DNA of 61,500 nucleotides from a virus. Its lineage: Duplodnaviria; Caudoviricetes. The notes under the pieces were generated by a model. That model searched no databases. It was not told where the DNA came from and saw only the letters and a program-made list of their open reading frames with translations. Position numbers and translations under genes: made by a program. Of this stretch, positions 36,873-44,332 are shown piece after piece. Location: positions 1-61,500 of IMG/VR virus record IMGVR_UViG_3300037484_001144; one strand, given 5' to 3'. The stretch's first letter is position 1. Each line of letters opens with the position of its first letter.

Positions 36873-38912
36873 ATGGACATAAGGGAAGGATCCCTGTTCG
36901 TGACTGGAGGCGCAGGCACGCTCGGGAAGGCAATTGCCGCGCGCAGACAAAAAGATGGGTGGAAAGGCAGGTTGACGGTTTACAGCAGACATACTCATAT
37001 TCTGGAACAGATGAAGCGGGAATTCCCGGACGTTACGATCGTCCAGGGAGATATCCGCGATCCACTCACCCTCTACAATGCCATGGCGGGACACGACATT
37101 GTGATCCACGCCGGAGCGGTCAAGGTGATACCAGTCAGTGAAGAACAACCTATTGACACGATCCAGGTCAACGTGATGGGTTCTCTGAATGTCTGTGATG
37201 CGGCTGTGCGCGCGGGCGTGCGGGACGTGATCGCCATCTCCACGGACAAAGCGTGTTTGGAATGGCACTCTCCCGTCTTGTTAGAAGATGGAACTACAAT
37301 GCCCATTGGGGCGTTGGTGAGTTCTAAGACGAAGTGCGGAGTTAAGTCTTATGTTCAGTTTCCATTTGAAACCAAAATAGAGAGTCGCCCAATAACCGGG
37401 TGGTTCAAAAATAAGGTTGATGGAAGGAAAATGTATTCAGTTTCTTACGAGGGCGCGCCCAGTACCGGAAATGTTGACTATCACGTTTTGGTTACAGAAG
37501 ACCATAAGTTTCTAACGCAATCAGAAAACGGCTATCTTCACTGGACGCAGGCTAGGGATTTGGATAAGAGTGACGATCGGTTGGTAACCGCAGAATGGGA
37601 ATTTAATTACCTCCAAGAATCTCTTCTAGTTGGGACCATGCTTGGAGACGCAAGTATATCAAAAAACGAAGGAAACACACGTCCCAGGCTAAGAATGGCG
37701 CAAGCCAAAGGGGAAAGTGAATGGCTTCTTGTCAAAGCTAAGGCACTCTCGATTGAAAATGAAAGAATTCATGAGTGCAAGGGGATCGGAGAAACGCACC
37801 AAGACACCATTACTGCGTCTTCATCCGTATCTGCTAGTCTCCTAAAATACTTTGAAGCCTTTTATAAGCAACATAAAAAGGTGATTCCTTTTGAGTTGGT
37901 AGAAAAGGCTTTACAGAGCGTACATCGAAGACCTGTTTTTTTGGCATCGTGGTATCTAGACGATGGATGTACAACAGACAATTTAGCCAGAATCGCCACG
38001 CATGGTTTCACTCAAGAAGAGGTTATGAAACTTGCCGAGAAACTAACAAGTTGCGGGTTTGAGAGCTATAGCTATAAAGTGACCGTGGCCGGAAAAACAT
38101 ACTACGAACTTCGCTTTAATAAAACAGGCTCAAAGAGACTGTACCAAGAGATTGCTAAGTATGTTCCAGAATCGATGACTAGAAAAATTCCAGCTATCTA
38201 CAAAAAGCGGTATGACCCCGAGTTATGGAATCTTGGTGATCCTATTCAGTACAAAGCTAAACCAATCGTAAGGCTGGTCGGAAAAAACAAAACTGGTGAC
38301 GTGTACTGCATTGCCGTTGAACAAAGCGAGAATTTTATTGTAAATAACATGATCCTTCATAATTGTCATCCTGCCAATGCCTACGGCGCTACCAAGTACC
38401 TGATGGAGAAGATTTTCCAGGAATACTCCCGGAACTGGAAATCCCCAAAGTTTCACCTGGTCCGCTATGGGAACGTTCTCGATTCCAATGGCAGTGTCGT
38501 TGAGGCATGGAAGAACTCGCTCAAGCATGGGGACACGATCAAGATGACCAACCCGAACATGACGCGCTTCTGGATATCTCCCGCTCAGGCAGTGAACTAT
38601 GTTATCGGTGCACTGGAACAGGAAAGTGGCTGTATTTACATCCCAAAGATGAAAGCCCTTTCTCTGGGAAGGCTGCAGGAGTACGCAGTGGGAGAATGCA
38701 AGGTGGAGCGCGTGCCATTGCGCGCTGGAGAGAAGATCCACGAAACCCTGTTGACCCTGGAAGAGTCTCCATTCGCGCTGGATATGGGGACCTATTACCT
38801 GCTCTATCCCACAACCCACAAACGATTTAGCGCGGTAATCTCGCCATATTCTTCCAATGTTGCATTGGAATTGACGCGCGAGGAACTGGCGGAGTTGTTG
38901 GAAAACAAATAA
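36873..38912 (+). CDS. UDP-GlcNAc 4,6-dehydratase-like (PseB/CapD family) SDR, intein-containing
   Basis: TGGAGTLG, GDIRD, STDKA|CHP, YGATK, RYGNV, MTRFW, GEKIHE. Confidence 0.88.
   Translation: MDIREGSLFVTGGAGTLGKAIAARRQKDGWKGRLTVYSRHTHILEQMKREFPDVTIVQGDIRDPLTLYNAMAGHDIVIHAGAVKVIPVSEEQPIDTIQVNVMGSLNVCDAAVRAGVRDVIAISTDKACLEWHSPVLLEDGTTMPIGALVSSKTKCGVKSYVQFPFETKIESRPITGWFKNKVDGRKMYSVSYEGAPSTGNVDYHVLVTEDHKFLTQSENGYLHWTQARDLDKSDDRLVTAEWEFNYLQESLLVGTMLGDASISKNEGNTRPRLRMAQAKGESEWLLVKAKALSIENERIHECKGIGETHQDTITASSSVSASLLKYFEAFYKQHKKVIPFELVEKALQSVHRRPVFLASWYLDDGCTTDNLARIATHGFTQEEVMKLAEKLTSCGFESYSYKVTVAGKTYYELRFNKTGSKRLYQEIAKYVPESMTRKIPAIYKKRYDPELWNLGDPIQYKAKPIVRLVGKNKTGDVYCIAVEQSENFIVNNMILHNCHPANAYGATKYLMEKIFQEYSRNWKSPKFHLVRYGNVLDSNGSVVEAWKNSLKHGDTIKMTNPNMTRFWISPAQAVNYVIGALEQESGCIYIPKMKALSLGRLQEYAVGECKVERVPLRAGEKIHETLLTLEESPFALDMGTYYLLYPTTHKRFSAVISPYSSNVALELTREELAELLENK
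37254..38363 (+). mobile_element. Intein with LAGLIDADG endonuclease (370 aa) in the sugar dehydratase
   Basis: CLEWHSPVLLEDG, VTEDH, LLVGTMLGDA, WYLDDG, ILHN|C. Confidence 0.92.
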
Positions 38913-38921
38913 GAGGTTGTA

Positions 38922-39119
38922 ATGAAATTATCGGAAGCCCTGAAACGCATCAAAGAGCTTGAGGCAGAACTGGAAGTTTCTGATAGGTTACTAAAAGACC
39001 GAACTCTTTTGCTTGAAGCTATTCCACAATGCCCTGTACATGGCGAATGTGTTCCTTACGCGCTTGAATGGATTGAGCAGGTGAAAACACTAGCCAGGAT
39101 TGTGAGCGGCAATGGATGA
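38922..39119 (+). CDS. Hypothetical protein
   Basis: GAGG RBS; CPVHGEC. Confidence 0.55.
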   Translation: MKLSEALKRIKELEAELEVSDRLLKDRTLLLEAIPQCPVHGECVPYALEWIEQVKTLARIVSGNG

Positions 39120-39798
39120 ATATCCGATTCTCGCCGCGGTAATGGTGACCTATAGGCGCACCGACCTGGCCTTGCGCACCGTTCGGGGATTGGGTAATTT
39201 CCTTGCCTATCCTCACGAAAAGGTTGCGTGGTATGTGGCCGACGATGGTAGTCCCAAGGAGCACGTCGATGCCATCCTAAAGGAAATTATCGAGAATGGC
39301 TTTACAGTGCTCGGCTACCACAACCAGAAGTTCGCACCTGGGACCTACAATGCCGGCAAGGGCTGGAACATCGGATTGAACGCAGCCCACACAAAATCAC
39401 CCTTTGTGCTCTGGATGGAAGACGACTGGGAACTGCGCCGCCCTCTGGCACTCTCGCCGTATTTGCAATTGCTCCACGATCGGGAAGATGTCGGCATGGT
39501 TCGTCTGGGGCACATGGCAGTAGGGTCACAGGTGGAGATCGTTGGTTATCGGGGGATTCATTACCTGAATTACCTGCGCACAACCTCCTATGCCTACTCG
39601 GGTAACCCTCACATCCGCCACATTCGTTTCTCTGAAGCAGTCGGGCCATTCGCCGAGGATCGTAATCCAGGGGAAATAGAGCTTGACCAGGACCACCGCT
39701 TCCGCGTCAATTCGAATGTGGCGGCTATCTGGAGACCGGCAGATATCCCCGGCTGGGGAATCTTTGGTCACTTGGGCACGGAGAAGTCGTTCCAATGA
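39112..39798 (+). CDS. Glycosyltransferase family 2
   Basis: VTYRR, VADDGS, MEDDW. Confidence 0.8.
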   Translation: MDEYPILAAVMVTYRRTDLALRTVRGLGNFLAYPHEKVAWYVADDGSPKEHVDAILKEIIENGFTVLGYHNQKFAPGTYNAGKGWNIGLNAAHTKSPFVLWMEDDWELRRPLALSPYLQLLHDREDVGMVRLGHMAVGSQVEIVGYRGIHYLNYLRTTSYAYSGNPHIRHIRFSEAVGPFAEDRNPGEIELDQDHRFRVNSNVAAIWRPADIPGWGIFGHLGTEKSFQ

Positions 39799-40325
39799 CA
39801 ACATTCCTTGGAATTCCAATGTCACAGGACTGGAACGATTTTCATATATGGGAAATGTTCTTTGAGAATTACCCCATACGCACATTTGTGGAACTCGGGA
39901 CAGGCAACGGAGGAATGTCCACTTATTTTGCTCTGCAGTGTGCGAAGCGGGGGATCGATTTTCATACCTACGATCACCAGCAGTGGTTTGATTATTTCAC
40001 CGATAGCGTCTCCAACTTTCTGCAATTACCTCAACGGTATCATCGCATAGATCTGTTCTCGGACGAAGGCACGCAGGAAATAGACCGCGTGATTCGCAAT
40101 TCCCCAAAACCTCTGGCAATATTTTTCGACGATGGGAACAAGCCGCGCGAATGGGCCCTTTTTGCTCCAGCAACGAGTCCGGGAGACTTTTGCATTGTCC
40201 ATGACTGGGAGGCGGAATTCTTCCCCAAGGACATCGGGGACGTAAAGGTGGAACGCATTCTGGCGGAACTTGCCGACGCACGCCCGAACGGGTGGAAAGC
40301 TCAGTGGTTCAAGAGAGTGGAATGA
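39795..40325 (+). CDS. SAM-dependent methyltransferase (CmcI/Methyltransf_24-like)
   Basis: FVELGTGNGG, FFDDG, IVHDW. Confidence 0.7.
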   Translation: MTTFLGIPMSQDWNDFHIWEMFFENYPIRTFVELGTGNGGMSTYFALQCAKRGIDFHTYDHQQWFDYFTDSVSNFLQLPQRYHRIDLFSDEGTQEIDRVIRNSPKPLAIFFDDGNKPREWALFAPATSPGDFCIVHDWEAEFFPKDIGDVKVERILAELADARPNGWKAQWFKRVE

Positions 40326-40904
40326 ATGACGACTTATGACGGAGTGCCACGCGAGACCTGGATCAACGGCTTGACAGAAACGGATAAATACAACGTCAAG
40401 CATACTCTGGCCCTCTTTGCCTTGCTGGGTGTTCCTGAAAGCTATATGGACGCCGGTTGTGGGACGGGCGCCATGGTAAAGACTGCCCAAAGACTAGGTG
40501 TACGCGCGTATGGGCTGGATCAACTGGTGGAACCGGAGTGGGGTGAGGGTTTCTATCACGTGAACCTTGTAGATCGTTTTCTGCTTCCCGAACCCGTGGA
40601 TGTTGTGACTTCCTTTGAAGTGGCCGAGCACCTGCACGAAAGTGCCCATTCCACATTTTGCGACACCCTTTGCGATAATCTAAAAATAGGAGCAGGGCAC
40701 CATCTGGTGTTCTCTGCAGCCAGACCAGGACAGGGTGGCACTGGGCACATCGCCTGCAAGCCCGCCGAATACTGGCACAACGAAATGATCCTGAGAGGTT
40801 TGACGTATAACGCATTTATGACCCTGCGCCTTGCGCATTTGTTTTCAAATATCGAGAGCCCCTTGAATTATCTTTGGGACAATCTCATTGTTTTTACGAG
40901 GTGA
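40326..40904 (+). CDS. SAM-dependent methyltransferase
   Basis: DAGCGTG, SFEVAEHL, FSAARPGQGGTGH. Confidence 0.8.
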   Translation: MTTYDGVPRETWINGLTETDKYNVKHTLALFALLGVPESYMDAGCGTGAMVKTAQRLGVRAYGLDQLVEPEWGEGFYHVNLVDRFLLPEPVDVVTSFEVAEHLHESAHSTFCDTLCDNLKIGAGHHLVFSAARPGQGGTGHIACKPAEYWHNEMILRGLTYNAFMTLRLAHLFSNIESPLNYLWDNLIVFTR

Positions 40905-41302
40905 ACGTGAGAATCGGAATTACCTTCGGCGCATTCGATCTATTCCATACCGGGCACGTCCTGATGCTCAAGGAAGCCAGGCAGAACTGCGACTTCCTAA
41001 TCGTATGTATCCAGGTTGATCCTTCTGTAGATCGCCCTGCCAAGCACAAACCCGTCCAGACCATCCTCGAGCGGGAAATCCAGGTGGCGGCTTGCCAATA
41101 CGTGGATCAGGTCCTAATCTATGAAACTGAAAAAGATCTGGAGAACATTCTGGTGTTCTTCCCCTGGCACGTCCGCTTTCTAGATGTGACCTATGCTCAA
41201 AAGCCTATTACCGCCGAATGGACGCGCGAATGGTGCCATTACACAAAGCGCGGGCATAACTATTCCACCAGTGAGTTGAGGGATAGGGTCAAGAAGTCAT
41301 GA
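40901..41302 (+). CDS. HIGH-family nucleotidyltransferase (TagD / RfaE domain II-like)
   Basis: GAFDLFHTGH, ERE....YVD, YSTS. Confidence 0.85.
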   Translation: MNVRIGITFGAFDLFHTGHVLMLKEARQNCDFLIVCIQVDPSVDRPAKHKPVQTILEREIQVAACQYVDQVLIYETEKDLENILVFFPWHVRFLDVTYAQKPITAEWTREWCHYTKRGHNYSTSELRDRVKKS

Positions 41303-42273
41303 TTATATCCAAAACCCCTCTCCGTCTTTCTCTCTTCGGGGGCGGCACAGATCTCCCTGAATTCTTCACCCAGTCCACTGGCGCGGTCGTTTCTTTCACG
41401 ATCAGCAAATATATCTATGTCTCGGTCAACGAGAAATTCGACGGGCGCACGCGCGTCTCTTATTCCAAGACCGAGATCGTGGACGAACCCTGGAAACTGG
41501 AACATGACCTGGTGCGGGAAACCCTGCAACGCTTCAACCTGAAGGGGCTGGAGATCACTTCTGTATCCGACATCCCAGGAGAAGGCAGTGGACTGGGAAG
41601 TTCGTCGGCTTTCATGGTGGGACTGGTGGCAGCCCTGAGTGCCCACAAGGGAGAAAATCAGAACGCTCATCCCTATGTCTTTGCGCAACTGGCTTACGAG
41701 ATTGAGCGCAACGACTGCGGTCATCCAGTTGGAAAACAGGACCACTACGCAGTCGCCCATGGTGGTCTGCGTTATTACCAGTTTGATCCAGACGGATGGG
41801 TGAGTACCGCACCTATCCCCCTCTCTCCGGATCTGCGTTGTTTTCTGGAAGAACACATCATGCTTTTCTGGACCGGGAAGACCAGAAGTGCGAATGGGAT
41901 ACTGCGGGAGCAGGCGCACAACATGACCGAGACCCGACCCTACGACAATGCTTTGTGCCTAGTTGACTTTGCCCAAGCCGCACGCCAGATGCTGGAAGAT
42001 GGATATTTCGACGAGCTGGGCGAAATGATGGACCGGTCCTGGTACTACAAGCAACAACTTGCGCAGGTCTCCACTGACGAGATTGATCTGATCTACCATA
42101 AAGCAAAACTGGCTGGCGCGCAGGGCGGAAAACTTTGCGGGGCAGGTGGCGGCGGATTCCTGATGCTGATCGCCGATCCGAAGGTTCAAAAAGAAGTCGA
42201 GGGAGCCGTAGGACTGCGGCGAGTTCCTTTCAAAGCGGAAGAACGCGGCAGTCATATTGTGTACAAGAGTTAG
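41299..42273 (+). CDS. hddA: GHMP kinase, D-glycero-alpha-D-manno-heptose-7-phosphate kinase-like
   Basis: PLRLSLFGGGTD, GSGLGSSS, GKQD, GGKLCGAGGGGF. Confidence 0.85.
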   Translation: MIISKTPLRLSLFGGGTDLPEFFTQSTGAVVSFTISKYIYVSVNEKFDGRTRVSYSKTEIVDEPWKLEHDLVRETLQRFNLKGLEITSVSDIPGEGSGLGSSSAFMVGLVAALSAHKGENQNAHPYVFAQLAYEIERNDCGHPVGKQDHYAVAHGGLRYYQFDPDGWVSTAPIPLSPDLRCFLEEHIMLFWTGKTRSANGILREQAHNMTETRPYDNALCLVDFAQAARQMLEDGYFDELGEMMDRSWYYKQQLAQVSTDEIDLIYHKAKLAGAQGGKLCGAGGGGFLMLIADPKVQKEVEGAVGLRRVPFKAEERGSHIVYKS

Positions 42274-42381
42274 GAGGAAGAAATGAACAACGATATGCTT
42301 GGCAAGCAAGCGCATTCACTTCCATGGAGTATTCTTGATTGCCCTCTCTTGCTGGTTTTCGAGAAGAAGGAAAAGAAGAAA

Positions 42382-42750
42382 ATGCTTTTCCTGGATGACC
42401 GTACTAACAGAATCCATTCAGCTCTCCGGCAGTTCTCGGAGAAGTGGGATGTGACCCTTGCCACAAATGTAAAGGAGTGCCTGCGCCGTCTGTCTGGAGA
42501 AGACTTCGACGAGGTGAGGCTGGATCATGACCTGGGCGGGGACGACTTTCAGGACCCGGATAGTCCCCTGGTGGGTATGGAGATAATCAGATATCTGGAG
42601 AAGACTGGCTGGCCGGAAGGGAAACACCGACCTCTCTTTCGTGTCCATTCCTCCAATATCTTTGCGGCCCATATGATGGTGAAGAGGTTGCAGGCAATGG
42701 GATTCTTTGCCTTCTGGGAACGGTTCGAATACGATGCGGAGGCAAAGTGA
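42382..42750 (+). CDS. Cyclic-phosphate-processing receiver-domain protein
   Basis: LFLDDR, LDHDLG, VHSSN. Confidence 0.7.
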   Translation: MLFLDDRTNRIHSALRQFSEKWDVTLATNVKECLRRLSGEDFDEVRLDHDLGGDDFQDPDSPLVGMEIIRYLEKTGWPEGKHRPLFRVHSSNIFAAHMMVKRLQAMGFFAFWERFEYDAEAK

Positions 42751-43733
42751 CCAATATTATGATCCTAGGTGGGTGCGGGTTCATTGGCAGTCATGTCCTG
42801 GACCTGCTCCACCCCACTGCTGGAAATAAGTTCTTTGTCTTCGACGACCTTTCCACTGGCCGCCATGAAAATGTTCGCCATCTGATCTCAGAGAAATTCA
42901 ATACTCGGATCAATTTCGATCAGTTGGACGTGAAGAACCGCGCTCATGTGGACGATGCTTTTTCCCGCTTCCGCCCGGAAGTGGTGATCCTGCTGGCAGC
43001 TCAGGCAGCGATCTCCAAAAGTGAAGCAGATCCACGGTTTGACATGGAGACCAATGCCGGGGGAATGTTGAACGTCATTTCTGCTTCCAGACAGTTCGGC
43101 GCGCGCAGGATCATCTTTTCTTCCACCAGTGCGGTATACCGGGAAAAACGCTGGGGAAAACTTCGGGAGACTGATTTCTGTGAACCAAAGTCGCCCTATG
43201 GGATCTCTAAGTTGTCGGCAGAGCATTACCTGCGGTCACAGTTTCGGGAAAGCGTTGTCCTTCGGTTCGGGAATGTATTTGGACCCCGGCAGGTCCCGAT
43301 CGGGGAGAACCAGGTCGTCCCGCGCATGATCAGGCATTTTCGGTTCGGGGATGACTTTCAGATATTCGGGGACGGAAACCAGACTCGCGATTACATCTAT
43401 GTCGAGGATGTGGCAGAAGCTGTGCGTTGTGCGATCACCGGAAAGCCGGGCGTGTACAACGTCGCCAGTGGCAGGCGGTTATCGGTGAACCAGGTCGCTT
43501 GCGCATTGGAAAAGATCTATGAATTGCCCAGGGGCTACCCGTGGACGTACCGCGCGGAAGAAGATCCCCGCGGGGATATCTGCCTGGATATTCGAGCGGC
43601 AACGGAACACCTGGACTGGAAACCGCGCATTCCTTTCACAGAAGGACTGAAGCGCACAGTGCAGTGGTGGGAGAAACCGCCTGAGATGTCGACGATGGTC
43701 AAGATGCCGATTGCTTATGAGGAGGTGAGGTAA
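42747..43733 (+). CDS. NAD-dependent epimerase/dehydratase (GalE-like)
   Basis: GGCGFIG, SSTSAVY, YGISK, GDGNQTRDYIYVEDV. Confidence 0.9.
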   Translation: MTNIMILGGCGFIGSHVLDLLHPTAGNKFFVFDDLSTGRHENVRHLISEKFNTRINFDQLDVKNRAHVDDAFSRFRPEVVILLAAQAAISKSEADPRFDMETNAGGMLNVISASRQFGARRIIFSSTSAVYREKRWGKLRETDFCEPKSPYGISKLSAEHYLRSQFRESVVLRFGNVFGPRQVPIGENQVVPRMIRHFRFGDDFQIFGDGNQTRDYIYVEDVAEAVRCAITGKPGVYNVASGRRLSVNQVACALEKIYELPRGYPWTYRAEEDPRGDICLDIRAATEHLDWKPRIPFTEGLKRTVQWWEKPPEMSTMVKMPIAYEEVR

Positions 43734-43736
43734 ATC

Positions 43737-43991
43737 ATGGAACCCAAAAACTTCAAGAATGCAAACGTTACCCTTGCCAAACCTGCAGATATAAACGACG
43801 AGGAATGTGGTAGTCTTCATGTTTTTACAGACGGCAAGGTGTGTATCTCTTTATGGAAAATGAGATGGAGTGAGCGTCTCTCTGCTTTGTTCTTTGGAAA
43901 CCTGTGGGTTTTCGTTCACAGCGGCTACACCCAGCCACCAGTCGCTGCAATGGTGTGCAGAGAGATTTTCGGTAAGAAGAAAAGACAATAA
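43737..43991 (+). CDS. Conserved phage hypothetical protein
   Basis: GAGG RBS; ISLWK....ER.......LW......QPP. Confidence 0.65.
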   Translation: MEPKNFKNANVTLAKPADINDEECGSLHVFTDGKVCISLWKMRWSERLSALFFGNLWVFVHSGYTQPPVAAMVCREIFGKKKRQ

Positions 43992-44033
43992 CATACTTGA
44001 CACACAAACACTAGATAACGAAAGGAAACCAAA

Positions 44034-44318
44034 ATGAACGTAAGAGCGAAATTCACATGTGTTGAAGTTAGAAAAGTAATGGGGGGAACATATGACAATA
44101 GGGGTAAGTATGTTCCTGGCGTTTTACATAGTTATCGGTTCAATCCAGTAACCGGTGATTCGGAAGAAAATAAACGTTTTTTCTCTTCCACGCCAAGCGG
44201 CCTTGTTGAACTTCAAGCTGTCCGCGACGATCTTTTTGAGCTTGGGAAAGAATACTATCTAGATTTCACTCCATTTGTTCCCATGCCTGCGCAAGACTCG
44301 GAAGTGGTCAAAGAGTAA
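44034..44318 (+). CDS. Conserved phage hypothetical protein
   Basis: VRAKF...EENKRFFSSTPSG...GKEYYLDFTP. Confidence 0.7.
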   Translation: MNVRAKFTCVEVRKVMGGTYDNRGKYVPGVLHSYRFNPVTGDSEENKRFFSSTPSGLVELQAVRDDLFELGKEYYLDFTPFVPMPAQDSEVVKE

Positions 44319-44332
44319 GGATAGACCTTTGT

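Noticed and set aside
40901-41302. Firm gene symbol tagD or hldE/rfaE
   Set aside because: The HIGH-family fold is clear but the substrate cannot be assigned from motifs alone
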